A model generated the notes under the pieces. That model made no database searches. It saw nothing but the letters and a program-made list of their open reading frames with translations, and was not told the origin of the DNA. The translations under genes were made by a program, and so were the position numbers. A stretch of 61,895 bases of DNA, counting the filler. It is 6 parts of 6 records of this genome, joined end to end, with 100 filler letters (N's around TTAATTAATTAA, not from the genome) between each part and the next. Parts side by side here need not be neighbours in the genome. Positions count along the whole stretch, not along the records: positions 31,409 to 53,201 come from SRR31156797_16856; 5 more parts are not named here. The stretch is one strand, 5' to 3'. Numbering within the stretch: the stretch's first letter is position 1; every line of letters begins with the position of its first letter. Positions 39,169-50,641 of this stretch are shown here, in pieces.

Positions 39169-39708
39169 ATGAATCGTATAAAGTTATTAGACAGAGAGTT
39201 TGAACTATCTATCCCATTTAAAGATATTGACAAGGCAATTGCAAATATTGCTGAACAAATGAACAAAGAACTTGCAGATACAAATCCTCTAATGATTTGC
39301 ATTTTAAATGGTTCATTTATGTTTGCTGCAGATTTAATGAAGAAAATTAACTTCCCTTGTCAAATCAGTTTTGTAAAGCTTTCTTCATACGAAGGAACCG
39401 GCACAACCGGAAAAGTTAAAGAGTTAATTGGATTAACGGAGGATATTGAAAACAGAACCATTGTTGTTTTAGAAGATATTATTGATACTGGTATTACTAT
39501 TACAAAAATTAAAAAACAGCTATTAGGTTACGAACCCAAAGATTTAAAAATTGCCAGTTTACTTTTTAAACCGGAAGCCTGCAAAACAGACATTGAGGTA
39601 GATTATTTAGGTTTAGAGATTCCAAATGATTTTATAGTTGGATATGGATTGGATTACGATGGATACGGTCGTAACCTACCAGACATATATACCGTTATTG
39701 AAAAATAA
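39169..39708 (+). CDS. hpt: Hypoxanthine phosphoribosyltransferase
   Basis: ILNGSFMF, VLEDIIDTG, FIVGYGLDY, RNLP. Confidence 0.95.
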   Translation: MNRIKLLDREFELSIPFKDIDKAIANIAEQMNKELADTNPLMICILNGSFMFAADLMKKINFPCQISFVKLSSYEGTGTTGKVKELIGLTEDIENRTIVVLEDIIDTGITITKIKKQLLGYEPKDLKIASLLFKPEACKTDIEVDYLGLEIPNDFIVGYGLDYDGYGRNLPDIYTVIEK

Positions 39709-39722
39709 AAAAGATTTATAAG

Positions 39723-40295
39723 ATGTTAAACGTAGTGATTTTTGGACCTCCGGGGTCAGGTAAAGGGACTCAAAGTGAAAATATTATTAAGAAGTATAAC
39801 TTATCGCACATTTCTACAGGCGATTTACTAAGAGCTGAAATTAGTGGTCATACTCAATTAGGTACTATTGCAAAAAGTTTTATCGATAAAGGTGAACTTG
39901 TACCTGATGAGACTATTATTGGTATGATTGACAATAAAATCGAATCACTAGCTCACTCAAATGGAGTTATCTTTGATGGTTTCCCAAGAACTGAGGCCCA
40001 AGCAGAAGCTTTGGATCAACTATTAGCTGAATATAAATCTAAAGTATCAGTAATGGTTAACCTTGAAGTTCCAAAAGAAGAACTAGTGGAGCGCTTATTA
40101 AAAAGAGGCGAAACTTCAGGTCGTTCTGATGACAACTTAGAGACTATTGAAAAAAGAATTGCCGTTTACGAAGAGCAAACTAAACCTGTAATTGATTTTT
40201 ATAAAAAGAAGAAAGTTTATAAGTCAATTCAAGGTGTGGGCTCAATCGACGAAATTTTTAGTGCAATTTCTGAGGCTATAGACAGCACTAAGTAA
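39723..40295 (+). CDS. adk: Adenylate kinase (short LID)
   Basis: GPPGSGKGTQ, HISTGDLLR, FDGFPRT, RSDD. Confidence 0.95.
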   Translation: MLNVVIFGPPGSGKGTQSENIIKKYNLSHISTGDLLRAEISGHTQLGTIAKSFIDKGELVPDETIIGMIDNKIESLAHSNGVIFDGFPRTEAQAEALDQLLAEYKSKVSVMVNLEVPKEELVERLLKRGETSGRSDDNLETIEKRIAVYEEQTKPVIDFYKKKKVYKSIQGVGSIDEIFSAISEAIDSTK

Positions 40296-40374
40296 TAGCA
40301 ATATAATAACACAACAAGCCACGGCATTGAGTTTCATCAATAACCGTGGCTTATTCATTTCTTAAAAAGAGATT

Positions 40375-41385
40375 ATGGCAAGCAGCAACTTTGTAGATTA
40401 CGTAAAAATATTCTGTCGTTCAGGAAAAGGAGGAGCCGGATCGATGCATATGCGTCGTGAAAAGTTTATTCCTAAAGGTGGTCCTGATGGCGGAGATGGA
40501 GGTAGAGGTGGACACGTAATAATTCGAGGAAGCCGTAATCACTGGACCCTTCTGCATTTAAAATTCCAGCGCCACGTATTTGCCGGGCATGGAATGTCTG
40601 GTGGTGGTCAAGGCAGTTTCGGAGCTCAGGGTGAGGACAAAGAAATCCAGGTTCCACTGGGAACCATTGCAAAAAATGCTGAAACCGGAGAAGTAATCTG
40701 CGAAATCACAGAAGAAAATCAAGAGTTTATCCTTGCCAAAGGCGGGCTTGGCGGTAGAGGAAATATACATTTCAAAAGTTCTACCAATCAAACTCCTCGC
40801 TATGCTCAACCAGGGCAAGATGCTGTTGAGGTAGCTGTTATTCTGGAATTAAAAGTATTGGCAGATGTTGGCTTAGTTGGCTTCCCAAATGCCGGAAAAT
40901 CCACACTTCTTTCTGTGGTTTCTGCTGCCAAACCAGAAATTGCAGACTATCCATTTACTACTTTAGTCCCCAATTTGGGTATTGTTAGTTATCGCGATTT
41001 CAAATCATTTGTAATGGCCGACATCCCCGGAATTATTGAAGGCGCAAGCGATGGAAAAGGTCTTGGATTAAGATTCCTGCGACATATCGAGCGAAACTCT
41101 ATTCTTTTATTTGTAGTTCCTTCTGATGCCGATGACATTAAAAAAGAATACGAAATTCTTTTAAATGAACTTAAATGTTATAATCCGGAATTGCTCGATA
41201 AAAAGCGTCTTCTAGCTATCTCAAAATGCGATATCTTAGACGAAGAATTGATAGCAGAAATAAAAATGGATCTTCCTGAAATTCCATATACTTTTATATC
41301 TTCGGTGGCCAACTTAGGCATAACAGAATTAAAAGATATGATATGGAAAGCACTGGAGGAATCCAATCAAGATACAATGCAATAA
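40375..41385 (+). CDS. obgE: GTPase ObgE/CgtA
   Basis: [30 protein letters not shown]. Confidence 0.96.
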   Translation: MASSNFVDYVKIFCRSGKGGAGSMHMRREKFIPKGGPDGGDGGRGGHVIIRGSRNHWTLLHLKFQRHVFAGHGMSGGGQGSFGAQGEDKEIQVPLGTIAKNAETGEVICEITEENQEFILAKGGLGGRGNIHFKSSTNQTPRYAQPGQDAVEVAVILELKVLADVGLVGFPNAGKSTLLSVVSAAKPEIADYPFTTLVPNLGIVSYRDFKSFVMADIPGIIEGASDGKGLGLRFLRHIERNSILLFVVPSDADDIKKEYEILLNELKCYNPELLDKKRLLAISKCDILDEELIAEIKMDLPEIPYTFISSVANLGITELKDMIWKALEESNQDTMQ

Positions 41386-43169
41386 AAGAAACATATAGCC
41401 AGCTACAACTTCAATATAACACACAAGAAAAACAACTTTCTAATAAAATTATACAATCAGGATGGAATCGACTAGTGATTTTCATCCTGATGATTGCTAT
41501 TCCTATTTATCTGTATAGTTTTTCGGTAATATTTGCATCCATTTTATTTGTTGGCTTTGCTACGTCATTTGGAATTTTAATCAAACAATTTAATAAATTA
41601 AAAAGAGCTAAAGCTGAAGTCATTTTACTCGAAGAGCTTAACAAGGCCGAATTAACTGCTTTAGAGGGAAAATACAATCAATTTAAAAATGGAGAAAACT
41701 ATATAAATCCCCAACACGATTATTCTTATGATCTGGATTTATTTGGAGAAGGTTCTTTTTTTCAATACCTCAATCGTACTGGGACCCTGGAAGGATCGAA
41801 CCAACTTGCTACAAAACTATCTACTCCTTTATTAGAATCAAATACCATACTTGGAGAACAGGAGGCGATTAAGGAACTCAGTTCAAAGCTAAATTTCCGA
41901 CAACATTTTTATGCCAAGGGGCACACTCTTCAAGAAACAGAAGATGACATAAATAAAATAAATGAATTCTCCGCTTACTCTTCCTTTTTTCAAAATAAAA
42001 GTAGGGCGTTTAAAGGGTACATTCAACTTGCTCCATACCTGTTTATCGCATCTTTGGTTCTTAATTTCTTTAGCTTTCCACCTGCCATAACCACCAGCTT
42101 ATTTTTCATCAATTTAGGCATCGTCGGTGCACACCTAAAGCCACTTAACAAAGTCAACCATCATTTTTCATCCTTAAACCAAATCCTAGAGAAGTTTGCC
42201 ATCCTCATGGATTTAATCAATCAAAATCAATTTTCTTCAGAAAAGTTAAAATATCTTCAGGGCAATCTTAAGCACAAAAACCATAATGCATCTGAGGAAA
42301 TAAAAACGCTCAGTCATTATATGGGGCAATTCGATCAACGCAATGGGATGCTGGCCGGCGTAATTCTAAATGGAATATTTCTATGGGATTTTAAATATGT
42401 TTTTAAAATTGAAAAATGGTTGAATGAAAATAAGCAAAACCTTCAAAAATGGCTAAAAGTAGTGCACGAAATTGATGCATTGAATAGTCTGGCAGGATAC
42501 ACTTATAATCATCCGGAATTTTCTTACCCTATTCCATCAAATTCTACCATTTTACAAACTACGAATTTAGGACATCCTCTAATTCCTAGAGATGAACGCA
42601 TTTGTAATGATTATGATCTTAAAGAATCTATCTTTACATTAATTACTGGCGCCAACATGTCCGGTAAAAGCACTTTTCTAAGAACAGTTGGCATCAGCAT
42701 AATAAGTGCAAGGTGTGGACTTCCTGTTTGTGCTCAAAGAATGACCTTTAAACCAATCCAACTTATTACAAACATGCGAACCACCGATTCCCTAATGAAA
42801 CACGAAAGTTACTTTTATGCTGAGTTAAAAAGACTACAATATATTATTGAACAACTCGAGAAAGGTCAGGATGTATTTATTATACTGGACGAAATATTAA
42901 AAGGCACCAATTCAAAAGATAAAACTTTCGGCTCTATGGAGTTGATAAAGAAACTACTATCTCTGAATGCATATGGCATGATAGCCACTCATGATCTGGA
43001 ACTTGGCATTCTTGAAAAAGAAAATAAAGGTAAAATTACAAACTTATGTTTTGAAGTGATTAACAAAAAAAACGAGCTTCTTTTTGACTATAAACTTCAT
43101 TCGGGAGTTACACAAAATCACAACGCCACATTCTTAATGAAACAAATGGGAATAATTTCCAATAATTAA
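41343..43169 (+). CDS. Membrane-anchored MutS-family ATPase (MutS domain V only)
   Basis: N-terminal TM helices, [41 protein letters not shown]. Confidence 0.88.
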   Translation: MESTGGIQSRYNAIKETYSQLQLQYNTQEKQLSNKIIQSGWNRLVIFILMIAIPIYLYSFSVIFASILFVGFATSFGILIKQFNKLKRAKAEVILLEELNKAELTALEGKYNQFKNGENYINPQHDYSYDLDLFGEGSFFQYLNRTGTLEGSNQLATKLSTPLLESNTILGEQEAIKELSSKLNFRQHFYAKGHTLQETEDDINKINEFSAYSSFFQNKSRAFKGYIQLAPYLFIASLVLNFFSFPPAITTSLFFINLGIVGAHLKPLNKVNHHFSSLNQILEKFAILMDLINQNQFSSEKLKYLQGNLKHKNHNASEEIKTLSHYMGQFDQRNGMLAGVILNGIFLWDFKYVFKIEKWLNENKQNLQKWLKVVHEIDALNSLAGYTYNHPEFSYPIPSNSTILQTTNLGHPLIPRDERICNDYDLKESIFTLITGANMSGKSTFLRTVGISIISARCGLPVCAQRMTFKPIQLITNMRTTDSLMKHESYFYAELKRLQYIIEQLEKGQDVFIILDEILKGTNSKDKTFGSMELIKKLLSLNAYGMIATHDLELGILEKENKGKITNLCFEVINKKNELLFDYKLHSGVTQNHNATFLMKQMGIISNN

Positions 43170-43323
43170 AAAATTCAGCATAAAAAAAATCGCTAAAACA
43201 CTATGTTTTAAGGATTTTTTTGGTTTTTTTTACACTGATATTACTCATTCTCCAAATTGACTTGTTTGATGCGGAGAGTATTTTTACCGTTAAATTAAGT
43301 TATCGGTTCACGAAATTTGCAAT

Positions 43324-43356
43324 AAACGGACTCCTTGGTGTGAGTCCGTTTTTTTT
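43324..43356 (+). terminator. Intrinsic terminator
   Basis: AAACGGACTC-CTTGGTGT-GAGTCCGTTT followed by T run. Confidence 0.75.
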
Positions 43357-43526
43357 AACAAGCTGATTAACCCGATAATAGTTACACTTCTTCATATTAA
43401 CCACCCTGCCTGTTGATAAAAGAATTACCAAACAAATTTCCGTTTTATTATATTTGAGAGATTTTTTAAAATAACCTGAATCAACCTACTAGTATATTGG
43501 TCTGAAATAAATTAAATAGTAAGAGT

Positions 43527-45359
43527 ATGTCGCAACAATATTCAGAAGATGCCATTAGAACCCTGGATTGGAAAGAACATATCCGACGACGCCCGGGTAT
43601 GTACATTGGAAAATTAGGTGATGGTGCTTATCCCGACGATGGTATCTATGTTCTTTTAAAAGAAGTTATGGATAACTCCATTGATGAATACATGATGGGG
43701 TTCGGTAAAAAAATTGAAGTGACTGTTAATGAAGGTTCCGTTACCATTCGCGACTATGGTAGAGGTATTCCCTTAGGAAAAGTGATTGATGTGGCTTCTA
43801 AAATGAACACCGGAGCTAAGTACGATTCTAAGGTATTTAAAAAATCAGTGGGACTAAACGGAGTTGGTATCAAAGCTGTAAATGCACTTTCAACAGACTT
43901 TACAGTAACTGCTTTTAGGGACGGTGAATGTAAAAAGGTTGATTTCTCCCAAGGAAATGTGGTTAAGGAATATGATGTTGAACCAACATCCGAAGCCAAT
44001 GGAACTTTTGTTTCTTTTACACCTGATGATAGCATTTTTGAGAAGTTCGCCTATAGAGATGAGTATATTGAACCTCTTCTTAAAAATTACACCTATCTTA
44101 ATTCAGGTTTAGCTATCCATTACAACGGAACGGTTTATAAATCGAAAAACGGTCTTTTAGATTTATTAAATGATAACATGACCTCTCCGGGAATCTATCC
44201 TATTATTCACTTAGGAACCGATGATTTTGAAATAGCCTTAACACACGGAAATCAATACGGAGAAGAATATTACACTTTTGTTAACGGACAGCATACAACT
44301 CAAGGTGGAACTCACCTTGTTGCTTTTAGAGAAGCGCTGGTAAAAACTATCAGGGAATTTTACAATAAAAATTTCGATGTATCTGATATCAGAACCGGGG
44401 TAATTGCTGCCATCAGCATCAAAATTGAAGAACCCGTTTTCGAATCACAAACAAAAACCAAGTTGGGTTCTAAAGATATGGGTCCTAATGGCCCTTCTGT
44501 TAGAAATTACGTTGCCGATTTTGTAAAAAAGGAACTCGATAACTTTCTGCATAGAAATACATCTACTGCAGAAATTTTAATGAAGAAAATTCTGGAATCT
44601 GAAAAAGAACGTAAAGCTATTTCCGGAATTCAAAAACTGGCGAAAGAAAGAGCCAAAAAAGTAAGCCTGCACAATAAAAAGCTAAGAGATTGCCGCGTAC
44701 ATTACAACAGCAATAAAGAAGATGCTCCAAACTCAAGCATTTTTATTACGGAGGGAGACTCTGCGAGTGGTTCTATTACAAAGGCTCGTAATGTAAATAC
44801 GCAAGCTGTTTTTAGTTTAAAAGGTAAGCCACTAAACTCATATGGTTTAACCAGAAAGGTAGTGTATGAAAACGAAGAGTTTAATCTTCTTCAGGCAGCT
44901 CTTAATATTGAAGACGGCCTTGAAACACTCAGATATAACCATGTGATTATAGCCACGGATGCCGATGTAGACGGTATGCACATTCGTCTGCTTTTAATCA
45001 CCTTCTTTTTGCAATTCTTTCCTGAATTAGTCAAAAATGGCCATTTGTATATACTGCAAACACCATTATTCAGGGTAAGAAATAAAAAGAAAACGGTTTA
45101 CTGCTATTCGGATGAAGAAAAGACAAAGGCGATTAAGAGTTTGGGTAAAAATCCTGAAATAACACGCTTTAAGGGTCTTGGAGAAATTAGTCCGGATGAG
45201 TTTAAGCATTTTATCGGCAAAGATGTACGCCTGGAACCTGTGAGGTTGAAAAAGGAAGATGCAGTTAAAGATCTTCTGACATTTTACATGGGAAAAAACA
45301 CGCCGAACCGTCAGAATTTTATTATTGAAAACCTGGTTGTTGAAGAAGATCCAGCTTAA
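43527..45359 (+). CDS. parE: DNA topoisomerase IV subunit B
   Basis: [46 protein letters not shown]; Bacteroidota ParE type. Confidence 0.88.
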   Translation: MSQQYSEDAIRTLDWKEHIRRRPGMYIGKLGDGAYPDDGIYVLLKEVMDNSIDEYMMGFGKKIEVTVNEGSVTIRDYGRGIPLGKVIDVASKMNTGAKYDSKVFKKSVGLNGVGIKAVNALSTDFTVTAFRDGECKKVDFSQGNVVKEYDVEPTSEANGTFVSFTPDDSIFEKFAYRDEYIEPLLKNYTYLNSGLAIHYNGTVYKSKNGLLDLLNDNMTSPGIYPIIHLGTDDFEIALTHGNQYGEEYYTFVNGQHTTQGGTHLVAFREALVKTIREFYNKNFDVSDIRTGVIAAISIKIEEPVFESQTKTKLGSKDMGPNGPSVRNYVADFVKKELDNFLHRNTSTAEILMKKILESEKERKAISGIQKLAKERAKKVSLHNKKLRDCRVHYNSNKEDAPNSSIFITEGDSASGSITKARNVNTQAVFSLKGKPLNSYGLTRKVVYENEEFNLLQAALNIEDGLETLRYNHVIIATDADVDGMHIRLLLITFFLQFFPELVKNGHLYILQTPLFRVRNKKKTVYCYSDEEKTKAIKSLGKNPEITRFKGLGEISPDEFKHFIGKDVRLEPVRLKKEDAVKDLLTFYMGKNTPNRQNFIIENLVVEEDPA

Positions 45360-45385
45360 TTTGATTTGTAAAATACACTTGCAAA

Positions 45386-48019
45386 ATGAGTGACGAAATA
45401 AATACACCAAACGAAGAGGAATTAGAGCCAGACCACAATGAGGAGTATGATTCCAATGAGGAACATATTACTGAGAACCCAATTGCGGACACACGCATAA
45501 CTCATTTGGGTGGCATGTATAAAAGTTGGTTTTTAGACTATGCCTCTTATGTAATTTTAGAGCGTGCCGTACCTCATATTAACGATGGTTTAAAACCTGT
45601 ACAAAGGCGTATTCTTCATGCTATGCGACGCATGGACGATGGCAGATACAATAAGGTGGCTAACATCATTGGTTTTACCATGCAGTTTCACCCTCACGGG
45701 GACGCTTCCATTGGTGATGCACTTGTTCAGCTGGGTCAGAAAGATTTACTAATCGACACACAAGGTAACTGGGGTAATGTTGCTACCGGCGATGGCGCTG
45801 CTGCTCCTCGTTACATTGAGGCTCGTTTAACTAAGTTTGCTCAGGAGGTTGTATTTAATCCCAAAACGACCCTTTGGAAATTAAGCTACGATGGAAGAAA
45901 CAAAGAACCCATCACGCTTCCCGTTAAGTTCCCACTTCTATTAGCGCAAGGTGTTGAAGGTATTGCAGTTGGTCTGGCATCTAAAATTTTGCCTCATAAC
46001 TTTATCGAACTCATCGACGCTTCCATTGCTCATCTTGAAAACAAAGATTTTGAGATATTTCCAGACTTTCCAACCGGAGGTATGGTGGACGTTTCAAGAT
46101 ATAACGACGGACTAAGAGGTGGGGCGATTAAAGTTCGTGCAAAAATTACCAAAGAAGATAATCGTACTTTAAATATTACTGACATTCCTTTTGGTAAAAC
46201 CACTACCACGCTTATTGAGTCAATTATTAAGGCCAATGAAAAAGGTAAAATCAAGATTAAGAAGATTGATGATAATACAGCCGAAAAGGTTGAAATTCTG
46301 ATTCATTTACCGAATGGTGTTTCCACTGATAAAACCATTGATGCTCTTTATGCTTTTACCGATTGTGAGGTTTCCATTTCTCCAAATGCCTGTTTAATTG
46401 AAGATAACACGCCTAAATTCGTTGGTGTATCAACTATTCTTCGTCAGAACACAGATCATACAGTTCACCTGTTAACCCGTGAGCTGGAAATTAGAAAAGG
46501 TGAATTAGAAGAGGCATGGCATTTTGCTTCGTTGGAACGCATTTTCATCGAAAATAAAATCTATCAAAAAATTGAAGATTGTGAGACTTTTGAAGCAATC
46601 ATTCAAACTATAGATCATGGTTTAGAACCATTTAAAAAACAACTTCGCCGAGAAGTAAACCGAGATGACATCATTCGATTAACGGAAATAAAAATCAAAC
46701 GTATTTCCCGATTTGATGCTAAAAAAGCGGATGAATATATCGCTTCGCTTGAGGAGGAAATGGAACAAATAATGTACAACCTTGAAAACATTATTCCATA
46801 CTCGATTAATTATTTCAAGCATATCAAAAAAACATACGGTAAAAACCATCCTCGCCAAACCGAGATTAGAAGCTTCGAAAATATTGAGGCGAGTAAAGTG
46901 GTTGTAAAAAATGAGAAACTATATATCAACCGTCAAGAAGGTTTTATGGGAACCTCACTACGAAGAGACGAGTTTGTATGTGATTGTTCAGATATCGACG
47001 ACATTATCCTGTTTTACAAGGATGGTAGATATTTGATTACCAAAGTTTCTGACAAAGCCTTTATCGGCAAAGGTGTTATTCATCTGGCAGTATTCAAAAA
47101 GTCAGATAAACGTACCATTTATAATGTAGCTTATCGCGATGGAAAAGCTGGTGCCACATACGTTAAAAGATTTGCCGTTACAGGTATCACTCGCGACAAA
47201 GAGTATGATGTTACCAAAGGAACTAAAGGTTCAGAAATCACTTATTTTAGCGCAAATCCAAACGGAGAAGCAGAAGTTCTAAAAGTTACCTTAAAACCTA
47301 AAGCTCGTATCAGAAATATTATTTTTGATTTTGATATGGCTGAACTTGCCATTAAAGGAAGAGGGGCAATGGGTAATATTTTAACCAAACATGAAGTACA
47401 GAAAGTTGTGCTTCGTAAAAAAGGAATTTCTACGCTTGGTGGAAGAAAAATTTGGTTCGACAAAGATGTATTACGTTTAAATTCTGATAGCAGAGGTGAT
47501 TATTTAGGCGAGTTCCATGCCGAGGATCAAATTCTGATCATCACAAAAGATGGAAACTTTTACCATACCAATTTCGATTTAACAAACCATTACGAAGACA
47601 ACATTCTTCTTATTGAAAAAAATAATCCTGACAAAGTCTGGTCTGTAGCTTATTTTGATGCTGATCAGGATTTCTACTATCTGAAGAGATTCCAACTTGA
47701 ACCATCTAATAAACCTCAAAGCTTTATTGGAGATAATTCAAAATCGTATCTAGTTCGAATTACTACTGTTGATTATCCTCGTTTAGAAGTCAAATTTGGC
47801 GGCGAAGATAAGGAACGAGACAAGATGATTGTAGAAGTAGATGACTTTATTGGTGTAAAAAGTTTTAAAGCCAGAGGTAAAAGACTTACAACTTATCAGG
47901 TTTCAAAGATTAATGAATTAGAACCGATTAAGATTATTGAGCCTCCTGAGCCAGAAGAAGAAAATAACAACGAAGAGGAAGAAAAGGATAACGACAAAGA
48001 TCAGATGTCCTTATTTTAA
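45386..48019 (+). CDS. parC: DNA topoisomerase IV subunit A
   Basis: DGLKPVQRR, FHPHGDAS, AAPRYIE (catalytic Tyr); no GyrA box seen. Confidence 0.87.
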   Translation: MSDEINTPNEEELEPDHNEEYDSNEEHITENPIADTRITHLGGMYKSWFLDYASYVILERAVPHINDGLKPVQRRILHAMRRMDDGRYNKVANIIGFTMQFHPHGDASIGDALVQLGQKDLLIDTQGNWGNVATGDGAAAPRYIEARLTKFAQEVVFNPKTTLWKLSYDGRNKEPITLPVKFPLLLAQGVEGIAVGLASKILPHNFIELIDASIAHLENKDFEIFPDFPTGGMVDVSRYNDGLRGGAIKVRAKITKEDNRTLNITDIPFGKTTTTLIESIIKANEKGKIKIKKIDDNTAEKVEILIHLPNGVSTDKTIDALYAFTDCEVSISPNACLIEDNTPKFVGVSTILRQNTDHTVHLLTRELEIRKGELEEAWHFASLERIFIENKIYQKIEDCETFEAIIQTIDHGLEPFKKQLRREVNRDDIIRLTEIKIKRISRFDAKKADEYIASLEEEMEQIMYNLENIIPYSINYFKHIKKTYGKNHPRQTEIRSFENIEASKVVVKNEKLYINRQEGFMGTSLRRDEFVCDCSDIDDIILFYKDGRYLITKVSDKAFIGKGVIHLAVFKKSDKRTIYNVAYRDGKAGATYVKRFAVTGITRDKEYDVTKGTKGSEITYFSANPNGEAEVLKVTLKPKARIRNIIFDFDMAELAIKGRGAMGNILTKHEVQKVVLRKKGISTLGGRKIWFDKDVLRLNSDSRGDYLGEFHAEDQILIITKDGNFYHTNFDLTNHYEDNILLIEKNNPDKVWSVAYFDADQDFYYLKRFQLEPSNKPQSFIGDNSKSYLVRITTVDYPRLEVKFGGEDKERDKMIVEVDDFIGVKSFKARGKRLTTYQVSKINELEPIKIIEPPEPEEENNNEEEEKDNDKDQMSLF

Positions 48020-48040
48020 AGGCAATACAAAAAGAAACGA

Positions 48041-48556
48041 ATGGTTGACAGAGTTTATTTAATAGGATTTATGGGGAGTGGTAAATCAACCCTTGGTCGT
48101 TGGCTTGCTGATGCGATGGATGGTTGGACGTTCCTTGATCTAGATCATTATATCGAACATAAATATCATAAAACAATACCTCAGATATTCGAGGAAAAAG
48201 GTGAAGAAACCTTCCGAAAGATGGAAGAAACCTGCCTGAATGAAGTAAGTGCTTTTGAAAAAGTAATTATTGGAGCAGGTGGTGGTACTCCTTGTTTTTT
48301 CAATAATATGGATGTGATGAATAAAACCGGTTTATCCATTTACCTGCAACTCACGCCCCAGGCTATTTACGACAGATTGCAAACTTCAAAATCGCAAAGA
48401 CCTTTAATAGCAGGTAAAGATGGAGCTGAATTATTACAGTTCATTGCAAACAAACTTGCTGAAAGAGAAAGCTTTTATAAACAAGCAAATCTGATTGCCG
48501 ATGCAGAACACTGGACGGTTGATGATTTTATTAAAGCCATCCATAAGGCCAATTAA
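48041..48556 (+). CDS. aroK: Shikimate kinase
   Basis: GFMGSGKST, DLD, GGGTP, RPL. Confidence 0.93.
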   Translation: MVDRVYLIGFMGSGKSTLGRWLADAMDGWTFLDLDHYIEHKYHKTIPQIFEEKGEETFRKMEETCLNEVSAFEKVIIGAGGGTPCFFNNMDVMNKTGLSIYLQLTPQAIYDRLQTSKSQRPLIAGKDGAELLQFIANKLAERESFYKQANLIADAEHWTVDDFIKAIHKAN

Positions 48557-48581
48557 TCGGTAAGTAGAAATATTAGTTTAC

Positions 48582-49421
48582 ATGCAATTATATAAAATTG
48601 AAACAGGCAACTTCATGGCTGATGGAGGTGCTATTTTTGGGGTTGTACCCAAAGTAATGTGGAGCAAGAAATACCCCTCCAACGAGAATAACTATTGTAA
48701 CTTAAGTATGCGTTGTCTTTTGGTTAAAACCGAAGATAGAGTTATTCTTATTGATACTGGTGTTGGGGATAAACAAAGTGAAAAATTTTTCTCGTACCAG
48801 CATTTAAATGGTGATGATTCTCTAACAAAGTCATTTGCAAACGTAAATATAGGCTTGAATGAAGTCACTGATGTTGTTTTAACGCATCTTCATTTTGATC
48901 ATTGTGGAGGCGCTGTACATAGGGATGAAAACGGAAGTTTATCATTAACATTTCCTAAAGCTAATTATTGGGTTGCTCAATCACAATGGGATAACTATAA
49001 TAACCCCAATATTAGAGAGGGCTCTGTATATTTCAAAGAGAATATTATGCCGGTTTTAGAAGCTGGTCAATTGAAATTTATTAATGATAATTACTCCTTA
49101 ACACCGGAAGTAGAGTTGAGGATTTTCAATGGTCATACCAAAGGTCAAATCATACCTTTCGTAAAATATAAAGATAGAACCATAGTTTATATGGCCGACC
49201 TTATCCCGGTAATGGCGAGCATTCCTGAAGCCTGGGTAGCTGCCTATGACACAGACCCTATAACTGCTATGCACGAAAAGAGATCCTTTATTAAGGAGGC
49301 ATTTGAGAATAATTACATTTTATTTTTCGAACACGATTTATATAACGAATGCTGTACTTTAATAGAAACTGATAAGGGAATTACTAATTCAGAAAGTTTT
49401 ACATTAGCTGAAATACAATAA
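48582..49421 (+). CDS. MBL-fold metallo-hydrolase (YtnP-like)
   Basis: DGGAIFGVVPK, THLHFDHCGG, GHT, ADL, FEHD. Confidence 0.9.
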   Translation: MQLYKIETGNFMADGGAIFGVVPKVMWSKKYPSNENNYCNLSMRCLLVKTEDRVILIDTGVGDKQSEKFFSYQHLNGDDSLTKSFANVNIGLNEVTDVVLTHLHFDHCGGAVHRDENGSLSLTFPKANYWVAQSQWDNYNNPNIREGSVYFKENIMPVLEAGQLKFINDNYSLTPEVELRIFNGHTKGQIIPFVKYKDRTIVYMADLIPVMASIPEAWVAAYDTDPITAMHEKRSFIKEAFENNYILFFEHDLYNECCTLIETDKGITNSESFTLAEIQ

Positions 49422-49450
49422 AAAAAGCTGCCTCAGGCAGCTTTTCTTTT
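49421..49450. terminator. Bidirectional terminator
   Basis: AAAAGCTGCC-TCA-GGCAGCTTTT flanked by A and T runs between convergent genes. Confidence 0.75.
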
Positions 49451-50503
49451 TTAATAATATTTTTGTCCTCCTGATGAACTGACGCCATGAATGAGGATAT
49501 CTCCTTTTTTAATTTCCAGATGCTTCTTTCCATTAGTACCTTTAGCATGCAAACCTCCTGAAGATGCTGTCAGATCAAATGATAATTCATCCAAGTCATT
49601 ACTTAATCCCATTTTAATTCCTCCAGACGAAGATTTAAAAGAAGAATTTCCTGTTAGTATTATATCTTCACCATATTGCCCTCCACTTGAAGTATGAAGA
49701 TTTAAAGTTCCTTCTATATGCGTAAGTTTTATGCTACCAGAACTCGCGCTTGCCCTAACATCGCCTTTAACAGTTTGAATTCCGATACTTCCCGATGATG
49801 CTTCTGCAAGTACATCTCCATTTATCTCACTTAAATGCTGTGAACCTGATGAACTTGTACTTATCAAATTACCATTTACTTTTTCAGCTTTGATTCCACC
49901 TGAAGATACTTTAGCTTCCACATCTCCTCCAATGGTATTCATATACTGACTCCCAGAAGAACAACTGATATGCAAATCTCCACCAATATTTATAGTTTTT
50001 ATACTACCTGAGCTGGTAACCACATCTAGATTTGAATCTATATTTTCCGCCTTAATACTACCTGAGCTGGCAGAAAGATCCACTATACTTTGACCAATAT
50101 TAGAAACATTCACCGACCCTGAAGAATTCTTCACTTTAATATTTGTGTTCATTGGTACTTTAAAATCCAAAAAACCTTTAAATGATCCTCTTAAGGAAGA
50201 GGGTCTTTCAATCCACACTTCCAAATCAGAACCTGATTGCTTATAACTTATCTTCACATCCTCTCTCTCTTTATTTGACTTTATCTCGCCTTTAAATGCT
50301 ACGTTTTCCGCATTTTGACCAATTACATTCACATTACAAAAAGATCCCTTTACCACAATGGAGGCAACATTATCAAAATCTTTCTGAGCCTGATCAATAA
50401 CAATATTAGCCTGCACGTTTAATTCGTTAATGACACAACTACTTGTTAAAAAAAGCACTGCATTCATCAACAGAATAAATTTCATGTTCTTCATTTTTCT
50501 CAA
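49451..50503 (-). CDS. DUF4097 beta-strand repeat (adhesin-like) lipoprotein
   Basis: Lipobox LTSSC; many SSGS/SSGG repeats at ~19-aa period. Confidence 0.8.
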   Translation of the reverse strand: MRKMKNMKFILLMNAVLFLTSSCVINELNVQANIVIDQAQKDFDNVASIVVKGSFCNVNVIGQNAENVAFKGEIKSNKEREDVKISYKQSGSDLEVWIERPSSLRGSFKGFLDFKVPMNTNIKVKNSSGSVNVSNIGQSIVDLSASSGSIKAENIDSNLDVVTSSGSIKTINIGGDLHISCSSGSQYMNTIGGDVEAKVSSGGIKAEKVNGNLISTSSSGSQHLSEINGDVLAEASSGSIGIQTVKGDVRASASSGSIKLTHIEGTLNLHTSSGGQYGEDIILTGNSSFKSSSGGIKMGLSNDLDELSFDLTASSGGLHAKGTNGKKHLEIKKGDILIHGVSSSGGQKYY

Positions 50504-50641
50504 ATTTAGTTTTCAAGTTAAAAAATCTACACGCGATAAAAATGAGACGCTTCACATGATCAAGAAGTTACAAGTTCGAAACAAAAAAAAGCCGAATGCT
50601 ATTAAAAACATCCGGCTCCAATATCTTAACTAAAGTAATTA

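Noticed and set aside
43527..48019. gyrB/gyrA
   Set aside because: Sequence type and lack of a GyrA box fit the Bacteroidota topoisomerase IV pair better
49451..50200. DNA-level repeat in the DUF4097 gene
   Set aside because: Explained by the protein's SSG beta-solenoid repeats; the nucleotide copies are diverged
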